Positions 39,266-48,616 of a stretch of DNA of 61,453 nucleotides are shown here, one piece after another (position 1 is the stretch's first letter; the number at the start of each line of letters is the position of its first letter). Both the position numbers and the translations under genes were made by a program. Location: IMG/VR virus record IMGVR_UViG_3300037313_000809, positions 1 through 61,453 of that record; one strand, written 5' to 3'. Source of the DNA: a virus. Taxonomy: Duplodnaviria > Caudoviricetes. A model generated the notes under the pieces. It was not told the DNA's origin and searched no databases. It worked only from the letters and a program-made list of their open reading frames with translations.

Positions 39266-40062
39266 CGCACCCCTCCCTTCGCCCCGCCGATGGCGTGCAC
39301 GTTGGAGATACGGTCAGGCACCGGCATGAACACGACGCCGAGCCCATTCGCGACGCCAGCCCCGAGCGCACACCCGACGCACTTACCGTCGCCCCACCCA
39401 TCGGCCTGCTGCACTTGTCGGCCGAGACATTCGCGATGGGTCAAGGTCAGCGCACGCGGCGCGCATCTGACGTCGGTGTCGTTCGACGCGCCGACACGCC
39501 ACGAACAGTCGCCGCATACATGGCGACCGTCCGCATCGACGAGCGTGCTGCGACGATGATGGCCGCACCGCACGCACTGGACAGTCGGTGGTCTCGGGTC
39601 GACTGCACCGGTAGCAATCGACCACGCGCGGCCGGCTTGAATGTTGTAGACGACGTGGAGACCAACGCCGTACTCGGCCGCGAGTTCTTTCGTGCTCGCA
39701 CCGTTCTTGAGCCGCGAATAGATCGCCGCAGCCTGCTCGTTCGTGAGCGTTGCGCGGGGCGATCGGTCTCCGTGCATCTGGCGACGCTTCGCGACCATGT
39801 CGCGCATGTTCTCGACGTGCGTCCCGACGAAGAGGTGGTCTGGATTCACGCACGCGCGGACGTCGCACCTATGCAGCACATGCAGTCCGTCAGGCACTTC
39901 GCCGTTCGCAAGTTCCCACGAGACACGATGGGTGTGCCGGTACTTGCCGTCCTGCTTGATGAGCCCGTACCCGTAGCGAGTCCGATGCCCAAGCCATACG
40001 ACGCACCCGTCCGCACGCGTCTCGCACTTGCGTCGAAGTCTGTTCTCGATCGACTCCATCAC
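39262..40062 (-). CDS. HNH endonuclease with HTH and Cys-rich C-terminal extension
   Basis: THRVSW...VLHRCDVRACVNPDHL...EN; CVRC, CGDC, CVGC. Confidence 0.85.
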   Translation of the reverse strand: MMESIENRLRRKCETRADGCVVWLGHRTRYGYGLIKQDGKYRHTHRVSWELANGEVPDGLHVLHRCDVRACVNPDHLFVGTHVENMRDMVAKRRQMHGDRSPRATLTNEQAAAIYSRLKNGASTKELAAEYGVGLHVVYNIQAGRAWSIATGAVDPRPPTVQCVRCGHHRRSTLVDADGRHVCGDCSWRVGASNDTDVRCAPRALTLTHRECLGRQVQQADGWGDGKCVGCALGAGVANGLGVVFMPVPDRISNVHAIGGAKGGVR

Positions 40063-40556
40063 ACGCCACCCTTTCTCTGCGTCGCGAGGTATCCGCGGAT
40101 CGCGAGCGTCGCGATGCGGAGCAAGTTGTTGCCATGCGTGCGGTGCTCGTCCTCGCGCCCGTCGGCGAGGTCGGTGCGGTACGCGCGCAGTGCTTCACCG
40201 AGGTCGATCCCGATCGCGTCGAGCGTGTCGCGCGTGCCGGGACCATGCTCGGTGTCGAGCGAAGCGAACGCACGCATCAAGGCTTCGCGCGCGAGTTCAC
40301 GCGGCAGCGCGAGCACGTCACCGAACGCCATCGCGTGCCCCGACTCCGGCTTGAACAGCGCGCTGATCGCGCTGTGCGCGATGGGGTTGCCCGTCTCCGG
40401 GCTAGCCCACCGCATACCGATCGCTCGGTACGTCACCGAGTCGTCGTTGCGTTCAAGTACAGCCGTCTGTGCCTTCGCAAGAAGTTCCGCTGCGATCCGC
40501 CGTCCATGAACGCGGAGGGGGTGAAACTTTGATCTGGTGTCCAGTTCTGTCGTCAC
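40059..40556 (-). CDS. Hypothetical regulator (CII-like position and pattern)
   Basis: Helical protein downstream of cro. Confidence 0.45.
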   Translation of the reverse strand: MTTELDTRSKFHPLRVHGRRIAAELLAKAQTAVLERNDDSVTYRAIGMRWASPETGNPIAHSAISALFKPESGHAMAFGDVLALPRELAREALMRAFASLDTEHGPGTRDTLDAIGIDLGEALRAYRTDLADGREDEHRTHGNNLLRIATLAIRGYLATQRKGGV

Positions 40557-41131
40557 GGCTACTCGTGTCCCTTCTTCGTCGTCGATACGTTCGTTCCATG
40601 AGCCTCTCGCTCACCGTTGCGGCCTTCGTTCTCTGCGGACTCGCGGCAGACACTCAGCGCGCCGAGTGCGCTGTGGTCGCTCCCGCCGAAGTCGTTCGCC
40701 GTGAATCTCGCGAAAGCGGGAGTTCCCGCGATCTGCGTGTCACTCGTGACGTTCGTCACTTCGCTGGACGAAGCGGTGTTCGCATCGCAGCTTCGCCGCG
40801 CGGACGTGTCTGCGTTGGTAGCGACGGGCGCGCGATCGCTGTCGTATGTCTCGTGCCACGGCATGGTCGGTTAGCTCGCCTTCCGCGAAGCGAGCTGGAT
40901 TGCCGCGAGCGCTCGGTCGCAGTTCACGACGGTGCATCGGTGCGCCGCGATCGCGACGAGGAGTTCAGCCGCGAGCCACGCGTCGAGAGTCGTCAGCGAC
41001 GGCGGAGGAACCTCGCGCCATGCCGCAAGTACGCGGCTCCACCGATGGCGCACGATGAGCCCAAGCGCCACCTGCGTACCGAGGTAGCCCAGCGCGAGAC
41101 CAGCGGCGGTGATGTGAAGCCAGTGCATCGC

Positions 41132-42016
41132 TCACCACCCGTCCACGTGATCGTCGGAGTCGACGAGGACAGTCGGACGCGGCCCCGGCGCGTGCTCGCT
41201 GTTCGCGAGGCCACCACCCAACCGCAAGTAGACGCGGAAGGTGTTAGGAGCGAAGGAAGGCACTTCGCGGCGAAGCATCGCGACCGCTGCGCGAAGACGC
41301 TCGACGTGTTCGATGGCCGCGTCGTTCTTGCGCGCGAACTCCACGAGCTTCGCGTCGAGAAGATCCAAGTCGGCGACGGTGGGGATGCGCGCGGACGACG
41401 CAGCAGCAATCGCCGCATCTCGCTCATCTGTCATCTTGCGGAGCGCGATCGTGTCGGGGTGGGTCTGAATGGCGGTGGAGTGCGCAGCGAGTGCGGCGTA
41501 CGCGGCGGCCATGCTCGCGTGCGAGAACTCCACGCCGTGGTTGACGTGCATCGTCACGGTCGGCCTCGGCGGCGTGACGCTGGTGTCGACGCCGTTCGTG
41601 CGCGTGAAGCCGGAGCGGGGCGGAAGTGCCTTGATACGCTCGCCGATGTTGCGCCACGGTTCTTCGTAGTTCAGCCACACACCGCGACCGGCGTAGGCGT
41701 CTACGATCTCGGCGGCGCTACTTCGGCTCCAGTGCGTGCCGTCCTTGCACTCAACCGCCATGATCGTGGCGATGATCGACTCGCGCGTGTCGGCCGCAAC
41801 GATGCGCCGCCCGGTGCCGTGGCAGTGAGGGCACGAGTTGCAGGCGAACTCGTACCAGTTGCCGCCCCCGGCACCGGAGTAGCCGGTAGCGGTGACGGTG
41901 GTGATTCCGTCGGTGCCGCCGAGTACGGCCGTCTCGCCGTAGATGCGGGCAACGCACTCGCACCGCTTCGACGTCTCGTCCGTAGCCGTGCAGGTCTTCT
42001 CTTTCGCTTCCATCAT
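41132..42016 (-). CDS. Hypothetical protein with CxxCxGxG zinc finger
   Basis: CPHCHGTG; strong RBS. Confidence 0.55.
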   Translation of the reverse strand: MMEAKEKTCTATDETSKRCECVARIYGETAVLGGTDGITTVTATGYSGAGGGNWYEFACNSCPHCHGTGRRIVAADTRESIIATIMAVECKDGTHWSRSSAAEIVDAYAGRGVWLNYEEPWRNIGERIKALPPRSGFTRTNGVDTSVTPPRPTVTMHVNHGVEFSHASMAAAYAALAAHSTAIQTHPDTIALRKMTDERDAAIAAASSARIPTVADLDLLDAKLVEFARKNDAAIEHVERLRAAVAMLRREVPSFAPNTFRVYLRLGGGLANSEHAPGPRPTVLVDSDDHVDGW

Positions 42017-42037
42017 CGTTCCCCTTCTCTTTCTCTT

Positions 42038-42376
42038 TCAGCGTGTCGACGCGGTGAGGCGGCGGTGCGAGATCGCGTCGCGCACGTTCTTCGGCGTCGC
42101 CGCACGCGGATGCGCATGTGCAAACTCGATCGCGCTCGCGAAGTCGCTCATGCACCACGCGACGAAAGCGACGACTTCGTGGGTGTTGCGGAAGTACTCG
42201 TTGCCGAGTGCCCACGGTTCCAAGTGCGCGAAGATCGCGCGCTCGTCGGCGCGGGTGCCCGTGTCACTGACTGCGAACGGGATGAGGATCTGTGCGCGTG
42301 CGCGACCGAGCGCGTCACTGTCGCTGAAACCAAACTTCCATGCCTCGCGGCGCGGGTTGAAGGCGGCGTACAGCAT
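42038..42376 (-). CDS. GIY-YIG-like / T5orf172-domain protein
   Basis: LYAA...WKFGFS...ERAIF...GNEYF. Confidence 0.55.
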   Translation of the reverse strand: MLYAAFNPRREAWKFGFSDSDALGRARAQILIPFAVSDTGTRADERAIFAHLEPWALGNEYFRNTHEVVAFVAWCMSDFASAIEFAHAHPRAATPKNVRDAISHRRLTASTR

Positions 42377-42379
42377 CGC

Positions 42380-42835
42380 TTACGCCGTCTCGGCGAGGGT
42401 GGTGTTGGCGGCGACGTGCTTCCACGTGCGACCGGAGCGGATCAGCGCGACGTTCTTCGGCGAGGTGCTGAACCGCGCGGCGAGCGCGCTGTGCGTGTCG
42501 TTCGACGCGCGGATCGCACGCACAGCGTCGTCATTCAGCTTCGACAGATTCGATCGAACGCCGCGCGCCTGACGTCCCTTCGCCACCTTGTCCGCGACGT
42601 TTGCGGCATGAGTGCCGACGAAGAGGTGCGATGGGTTGATGCATGCCGGGGTGTCACAACGGTGGAGCACGCATTCGCCAGGGAGCAGTGTGCGATTCAC
42701 GTGCGCCCACACGACGCGAGCCGCGACGAAGCCGTGGGTGCGTGCACGACCGGAGCGATCGCATGCACCCGGCCACAACCAGCACCCGGTGTTCGGCTCG
42801 GGGACCGAGCGATCGAGGATGCGCGCAACGTTCAT
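42380..42835 (-). CDS. HNH endonuclease
   Basis: EPNTGCWLW...VLHRCDTPACINPSHL. Confidence 0.85.
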   Translation of the reverse strand: MNVARILDRSVPEPNTGCWLWPGACDRSGRARTHGFVAARVVWAHVNRTLLPGECVLHRCDTPACINPSHLFVGTHAANVADKVAKGRQARGVRSNLSKLNDDAVRAIRASNDTHSALAARFSTSPKNVALIRSGRTWKHVAANTTLAETA

Positions 42836-43126
42836 TTACGCCGCCTCCGTCCGCTCGGCCGCCGCGAGCTTGAACCCACGCTTCGCCTTCAGGTCCCACG
42901 CGTTCACAGGGATGCCGAGTGCGTCGGCGATCTTCGACGCGAACTCACGCGACGGCTTCCGATCGCCGTACAGCCAACGGTTCAACGCAGTGACGTCGGC
43001 GCCGATCTTCTCGGCCGCCTGCCTCTGACCGCCCAGCGACTCGACCGCGCCCCAGAGCTGCCGAGCCCCCTCGTTGAAGTGGTCTCCCATCCGCTGTCGG
43101 TGTGCTCGTCGCGCTCGTCGTCCCAT
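42836..43126 (-). CDS. cro: Cro-like XRE HTH protein
   Basis: QRQAAEKIGADVTALNRWLYGDRKP; divergent from the repressor. Confidence 0.8.
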   Translation of the reverse strand: MGRRARRAHRQRMGDHFNEGARQLWGAVESLGGQRQAAEKIGADVTALNRWLYGDRKPSREFASKIADALGIPVNAWDLKAKRGFKLAAAERTEAA

Positions 43127-43129
43127 GAT

Positions 43130-43230
43130 GGAGGTAGCATGGGGGCGAAAGTTGCTTGCTGTCAAGAGGCAACTTGTCCGTGAGCACAGCGACAAGAATT
43201 CCCGCTGGCCGTGTGCGGATCGATACTCGC
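43130..43230. promoter_or_regulatory. Divergent immunity promoter/operator region
   Basis: AAGTTGC...GCAACTT dyad (43149-43175) overlapping a minus-strand TTGACA. Confidence 0.6.
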
Positions 43231-43233
43231 CCC

Positions 43234-43863
43234 ATGGCAAAAGGAGACGCAGCGCTCGCAACCCGTCTGAAGGCGGCGATGGCGCATGCGGGGTTGAATC
43301 AGACGCAGCTCGAACAGAAGGCTGGGCTGACTGAGGGCTACATGTCCCGGCCCCTCAAGGGCGAGCGATCGAACATGGCAGGCGAACGGCTCACGCGGAT
43401 CGCTAAGGCATGCGGCGTCAATCCCGTATGGCTAATGACCGGCGACGGCAGCATGCTCGCGCCGCACGAGCCACCGCGCGAGCTGACCGTCGAGCGCGAC
43501 ACGACACCACCCCCGCAGATGCATGACGACGAGACGCCATTGGAGCGCGCCATCACTGCCGCGTTCGATCCGACTCGCTACTCGCGCCACGACTTGAATG
43601 CAGCCGCTGACGCGGCACGCACGCTTCATCGATGGGCGAAGACGGGTAGCGACCCGTCGTGGGCGCGAGACTTCCTGGAGGCCGCGAAGAGGATGCGTGT
43701 CGAGGGCGAGCCGACCACCCCACAGGCCGTCAAGGACCGTGTGATCGCGATGCGGCTGGAGCCGGAGACTGACGCGACGAGGGCAGCGAAGAAAGCGACA
43801 AACGACGAAGCGCGGCGACTCTCCGAGCAATTCGACGAGCCGTCCACAGGCAAACGGAGGTAG
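43234..43863 (+). CDS. CI-like XRE repressor
   Basis: RLKAAM...LNQTQLEQKAGL...GVNPVWLMTGDG; no S24 peptidase domain evident. Confidence 0.85.
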   Translation: MAKGDAALATRLKAAMAHAGLNQTQLEQKAGLTEGYMSRPLKGERSNMAGERLTRIAKACGVNPVWLMTGDGSMLAPHEPPRELTVERDTTPPPQMHDDETPLERAITAAFDPTRYSRHDLNAAADAARTLHRWAKTGSDPSWARDFLEAAKRMRVEGEPTTPQAVKDRVIAMRLEPETDATRAAKKATNDEARRLSEQFDEPSTGKRR

Positions 43864-43958
43864 GTGTTTCGTAACCTGTGGAGTGGCGTGGTCATAGTAC
43901 GTCACGCCGTCGAATCAGACGCTTCCACAGCCTCGCTGTCAGCCTCACCATCACCGGT

Positions 43959-44525
43959 ATGCATGACGCTGAATCCATCACGAACGAACTGTTGCGACGC
44001 GCGCGGCTCGACATCGGTGAACCCGTCGACCCGCGCGTCATCATCCATCGCCTAGGGCTTGAACTCGAGCCGCGCGCGCCTCGTGGATGTCACGAACTCA
44101 TCGAAGGCAACACCGTGTACTACGACCCGTCGAACCCGCGATGGATCGCGACGCTGTTTCATGCACTCGGGCATCGCGCGGTGCGGTTCGCGGGAAGCGA
44201 GATCCAAGACGAACGACTCGTGATCGCGGTCGCGGCGCGGTTGACGGTGCCGGTCATAGCGTTCCGTCGTGCGCTCCGGGCGGGGCTCGGTCGGCACTCG
44301 CTCGCGCAGCAGTTCGGTGTGAACGAGACGTGCGCTGCGCTGCGCTACGGGGAAGTAACCGGGGACCCGGTCGCGATCATCACGCCGCGTCGCATCTACG
44401 CCGCGGGCGAGTGGCCGTGGCCCGCAGCCGATGTCCTGCGCCGCATGGTGCGAGAGCGTCACCGCGGCATTCGCGCCGAACGCATGCGCGATCCGCAGCG
44501 CGTGCTCGTGCGGCTCGCCGCCTAG
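43959..44525 (+). CDS. ImmA/IrrE-family protein with HALGH in place of HExxH
   Basis: PVDP...LFHALGH...E...AARLTVP...LAQQFGV; directly follows the repressor. Confidence 0.7.
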   Translation: MHDAESITNELLRRARLDIGEPVDPRVIIHRLGLELEPRAPRGCHELIEGNTVYYDPSNPRWIATLFHALGHRAVRFAGSEIQDERLVIAVAARLTVPVIAFRRALRAGLGRHSLAQQFGVNETCAALRYGEVTGDPVAIITPRRIYAAGEWPWPAADVLRRMVRERHRGIRAERMRDPQRVLVRLAA

Positions 44526-45364
44526 CGTCGCCCGCCACCGCCACGCGAGGGCGCAGAGCGCGTGTAGCCGTGGACGTAGGTGCCGTTGGATCGGGTGTAC
44601 CCGTTCACGTAGACAGTGCCGCCGCTGCCGCCCCCACCACCGGTGCTTCCGCCGCTTCCCCCGCCGCCAACATAGCCGCCGCTGTCCACGCCCGTCGCCA
44701 TGTACGGCGAGACGCTGTGCTGAAGGGCAACGCATCCGATTGGCATGCCAGCTTCATCACACATACGAGGCGGAGACCACTCCGCACGACTGGGCCACGT
44801 GCGCGGATCCGGCCAGTCGGCAGGTCTTCGCGCTTGGTCCGACTGCATGCCGATGAACTCCGCAGGACACCCCCACTCGACCAGCATTGTTCCACGGGTA
44901 GTCATCGACTCTGCCGTGACGAATCGCTGCCGGGCCGTCTCGCCGCATGTCGACGGACGTTGGTGACAGATGAATGGCTCGCAGTCGTGAAGCGTGAGCA
45001 GCTCCGCCTCACTCGGCGGTGCCGACGCCATGAACCCGAGGTTCGGCTGGAGGGGCTGCCACTCCTCTGGCGTGGGCGGCTCGGATCGCAGCCAGTCGGG
45101 TGGCGCGATCGGGCGACTCGGATGTGCTTGTGCGATCTGGAACGGGCATCCGAAGTTCGCGACGACCTGACCGCGATCTGATAGCGGCTCCCTTTCGAGT
45201 GCACGCGCGATGTTCTCGCGGCACCCCGCAGACCTCTCGTAACAAGCGTACGGCGCGCATTCCGCGACGAGCTGCCAGTCGCGGTCGGCAAGCTGGCGGG
45301 ATGGGCGCGGTGGCGCACCGGCACAGCCGGCGAGCGTGAGCAGCAACACGATGGCGCGGTTCAT
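44522..45364 (-). CDS. Lipoprotein with duplicated Cys-rich domain and GYTRSNGTYV tail
   Basis: LAGC lipobox; two C-x-P-x2-C...GCP units; VNGYTRSNGTYVHGYTRS. Confidence 0.75.
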   Translation of the reverse strand: MNRAIVLLLTLAGCAGAPPRPSRQLADRDWQLVAECAPYACYERSAGCRENIARALEREPLSDRGQVVANFGCPFQIAQAHPSRPIAPPDWLRSEPPTPEEWQPLQPNLGFMASAPPSEAELLTLHDCEPFICHQRPSTCGETARQRFVTAESMTTRGTMLVEWGCPAEFIGMQSDQARRPADWPDPRTWPSRAEWSPPRMCDEAGMPIGCVALQHSVSPYMATGVDSGGYVGGGGSGGSTGGGGGSGGTVYVNGYTRSNGTYVHGYTRSAPSRGGGGRR

Positions 45365-45472
45365 CGTCGCAGCGTCGCCGATCCGAAGATTCGCGGAAAG
45401 TGTCAGCCGCCACTTTTCGTCAGATATCCCACGACTTGCCTCCTGTCCTGTCTTGCTTGCTTCGTTTGCTTA

Positions 45473-45501
45473 TTGACAAGTTGCTCGCTAGCCACCAAAC
45501 T
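45473..45501 (+). promoter_or_regulatory. Sigma70-type promoter of the early rightward operon
   Basis: TTGACA-N17-CAAACT; overlaps GACAAGTTGC, which also occurs in the immunity region. Confidence 0.6.
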
Positions 45502-45556
45502 CTCTTCACACCGCGACCCCACCCCGCGGCGAACACGAAGAGAGGGAGACGCAGCG

Positions 45557-45898
45557 ATGAGCACCGCACGCAAGATCCAGCAGCCGACGCACGACGAGAG
45601 CAGCGTCGTTGCGAACGACATCGTCACCCCGTCGCATCCCGACGTCGTCGTTGGGCGGCGCGTGAAGCTCAGCATCCACAACGTGCACCTGACGGGGACG
45701 CTGGGGTGCGACGGCGCTGTGTGGTTCCTCCACGATGTGCGCGGGTTCCGCGGCCACTACACGCAGAAGCTCGTTCGCGTCGGCTGCGAGTCCGAGATCG
45801 CGAAGTACACAATCGCGTGGGACCCGTGTCGCGACTGTGGGGCGAATGGGCGGGAGCCTTGCGATCCGACGTGCCGGGTCGGCGGGGGCGGGCGATGA
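45557..45898 (+). CDS. Hypothetical protein
   Basis: GGGAG RBS; first gene after the promoter. Confidence 0.55.
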   Translation: MSTARKIQQPTHDESSVVANDIVTPSHPDVVVGRRVKLSIHNVHLTGTLGCDGAVWFLHDVRGFRGHYTQKLVRVGCESEIAKYTIAWDPCRDCGANGREPCDPTCRVGGGGR

Positions 45899-46227
45899 GC
45901 GCGATGACCATCGAACGCCTCGTCGTGAGCGCGCGCCGTCTCGCGAAGGAATCGCAGCACGTCGTGTACGCCGCAGCGCTGTGCGAGGGCACGCGTGACG
46001 CGAAGGTGCTGTCGCTCTGCTGTGGATGTGCGGAGTCGCGCTTCGGGTCGTTCATCGTGCCGACCAGCTACACGGACGCGGCTGTGTGGTCCCCGGCCGC
46101 GTTCCGTCTGCCGCGTGGCGGCGAGTGCATGGGGTGCTCGTATGTGGGCCACGACTGTCTCTTGGTGCTCCCGGATGGCGTCGACCTCCGGGTGTTGGAT
46201 GCGATCGAACTGGAGGCGCTTTCATGA
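45895..46227 (+). CDS. Hypothetical Cys-containing protein
   Basis: ATGA coupling. Confidence 0.5.
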   Translation: MSAMTIERLVVSARRLAKESQHVVYAAALCEGTRDAKVLSLCCGCAESRFGSFIVPTSYTDAAVWSPAAFRLPRGGECMGCSYVGHDCLLVLPDGVDLRVLDAIELEALS

Positions 46228-46703
46228 ACTCACACATCACCATCGGCACGCGCGTCCGCGAACTCACCACCGGCCGCATCGGTCTCGTCGTAGACTACGT
46301 GCCGCCCGTCGATGCGGATGACGCGACCCATCGCGTGACGTTCGACGACGTGGGCACGATGCCCAGCGGACACCCGGTGTTCACCTCGGCGTGGCTGCGC
46401 GAGTGCGACATCGTAGAGGCTGACGTCCGCGACGACGAGCCGGTCACCGATGCGCAAGCGTCGTGGATCGCATGGGGCGGGTACTTCCGCCGCACGACCG
46501 CCGACGACCGCGAGAACATCGTCGGCGCGGCACGCGGCGGCGTGCGCCTGCTCCATCCTCGCGCGAACCTGCGCATGAGCGTACTCGCCCGCATGGGCCT
46601 TGTGCGCCGCGACAGCGCATCACCCGCATGGCTCGCGACGCCGCTGGGGATCGCGTTTGTGGCGTGGTTGGAGAGCGTCCGCCTGAACGGGGCGGTGGCG
46701 TGA
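46224..46703 (+). CDS. Hypothetical protein (SH3-like N-terminus)
   Basis: IGTRVRE...GRIGLVV. Confidence 0.5.
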   Translation: MNSHITIGTRVRELTTGRIGLVVDYVPPVDADDATHRVTFDDVGTMPSGHPVFTSAWLRECDIVEADVRDDEPVTDAQASWIAWGGYFRRTTADDRENIVGAARGGVRLLHPRANLRMSVLARMGLVRRDSASPAWLATPLGIAFVAWLESVRLNGAVA

Positions 46704-47038
46704 TGAAGGTCGTCATCAACCGCTGCTATGGCGGGTTCAGTCTCTCGCGGAAGGCGATGGAACTGCTCGTCGACGCTGGCTGCAAAGAAGCTGCGGAGAC
46801 GCTCGCGCATTATGACGCTGACCCGTTGCTGTTGCGCCTCAGCGGCAACGACTCGTTCCATCTCAAGATCGACCGTGCCGACCCACTCCTCGTCGAAGTG
46901 GTCGAAGGGCTCGGCGATGAAGCGAGCGGGCGATTTGCTTCGCTTGAAGTCGTCGAGGTGTCCGACGACGCGAAGTGGGAGGTCGAAGAGTACGACGGGT
47001 TCGAACACATCCGCGAAGTGTCGAGGTCGTGGCCGTGA
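46703..47038 (+). CDS. Conserved phage protein of unknown function
   Basis: MKVVINRCYGGFSLS...RADPLLVEVVE...EEYDGFE. Confidence 0.7.
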   Translation: MKVVINRCYGGFSLSRKAMELLVDAGCKEAAETLAHYDADPLLLRLSGNDSFHLKIDRADPLLVEVVEGLGDEASGRFASLEVVEVSDDAKWEVEEYDGFEHIREVSRSWP

Positions 47039-47475
47039 GCGCCCACGAGTTGCACGCCATCCGCGAAGCCGACGAGCGCGAAGCGTTCGCGGCGATGGTG
47101 CGCGATAGCGGGATCAGCGTCGGCGAGCTAGCGAGCAGGTTGCCCGCCGACCTCCGCCCGCGGCTCGCCAACCTCATCGCCGACTGGCATGCAGGGCAGG
47201 TCGCGGCGGCGGATGCCAAGCGACGCAACGCGCTCGCGTGGGTGGTGAAGTCGTGAGTGCGGCGCATGCGTACTGGGAGCCGGAACCCACCCCGACGCTC
47301 CCGCTGATCTACCTGCGATGGGACGCGCTCGGCAGATGCCGAAGCGACGCTGCGACGATCGAGGCAGCACTCGTGCGGCTCATCGGCGTCAACGCGTGGT
47401 GGGCGCAGCAGATGAGGACGCGACTTCGTGTCGCGCTCCGACGGACGAAGAAGTGACGACGAGAGGAAGGCAACG

Positions 47476-48609
47476 ATGACAATCGAGTTGAGAGCAAACG
47501 GGGCAGCGAATCAAGGAACGCACTCGCGCGAGATCGCGACGCGATCGAATCTCGAGCCGCAGAGTTTCGCGGAGGTGTCGAAGCTCGCGGAGTACGTCGC
47601 GCGAAGCGGGCTATTCGCGGTGAAGACGCAAGAGCAAGCGATGATGGTGATGCTCACCGGGGCGAGCTTGGGGTTGTCTCCTGTCGCTGCCCTCCGTGGC
47701 GTGCACGTGATCCAGGGCAAGGCCGCACTCGACGCCACGCTCGTAACCGCCCTCGTCCAACAGCACCCTGACTGCGAATACTGGCGCGTCGCCGAGAACA
47801 CCAACGAACGGTGCACGATCGAGACGAAGCGAAGGGGACACCCTGCCCCTGTCTCGCGCACATGGACCATCGACGACGCGAAGCGTGCGGGACTCACCAA
47901 CAAGGACACGTGGAAGAGCTACCCGGCCGCGATGCTCCGTGCGCGCTGCACCACCGATCTCGCACGCGGTGTCTACGGCGACGCGCTCTTCGGTGTGTAC
48001 ACGCCCGAGGAGATCGAGAGTGCGCCGAGGCAACAGGAGGAGCCCGCGCCGCGTACCGCTGTCGTCGAGGTGGTCGCGACGCCGCGTCCTCCGGTTGACG
48101 TGGAAGCCATCATCGCCGGGTTCGCGAAGCTGACGACGGCGGACGCACTCAAGGCGTATGCGAGCGAAGCGGGCAGGGGGCTGACGAAGGGAACCGAGGA
48201 GCACAAGCGCGTGACCGCCGCGTACCAGGCGCGCATGCGCGAGATCGAAGCGGGGCCGAAGGACGACGGGCCGAAGGGCGGCAAGGCAACGACGCCGAGC
48301 GGCACCGCGCACGACAGCACGACCGGCGAGGTGATCGAGACGGGCGAGCATGAGCCGGCAGGGCCGAGTGCGAAGGCGTGGACGCTCGACGCGTGGGTCT
48401 CACACATGGCGGCAAAGACGAACCGATACGAGGCCGCGAATTCTTTCGCGCGCCACGAGCAAGAGCTGGAGGCGGCAGGCATCCACGGCCCTGCATCGGA
48501 TGCGACGGTGGAGCGTCTCAAGACGCTGGGCCTGGATGAATCGCACGCGGTTGAAGCGCTCGCGCATGCGTGCGATCGCCGTGATGGTCGCAAGACGAAG
48601 GCTGCGTAG
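47476..48609 (+). CDS. RecT-like single-strand annealing protein
   Basis: GLSPVAAL..VHVIQGK...WTIDDAKRAGL...WKSYPAAML...GVYTPEE. Confidence 0.8.
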   Translation: MTIELRANGAANQGTHSREIATRSNLEPQSFAEVSKLAEYVARSGLFAVKTQEQAMMVMLTGASLGLSPVAALRGVHVIQGKAALDATLVTALVQQHPDCEYWRVAENTNERCTIETKRRGHPAPVSRTWTIDDAKRAGLTNKDTWKSYPAAMLRARCTTDLARGVYGDALFGVYTPEEIESAPRQQEEPAPRTAVVEVVATPRPPVDVEAIIAGFAKLTTADALKAYASEAGRGLTKGTEEHKRVTAAYQARMREIEAGPKDDGPKGGKATTPSGTAHDSTTGEVIETGEHEPAGPSAKAWTLDAWVSHMAAKTNRYEAANSFARHEQELEAAGIHGPASDATVERLKTLGLDESHAVEALAHACDRRDGRKTKAA

Positions 48610-48616
48610 GACTACC

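Noticed and set aside
40469-43183. 904-aa plus-strand ORF
   Set aside because: Antisense shadow of cro, HNH and other credible minus-strand genes; Arg-rich low-information translation typical of high-GC DNA.
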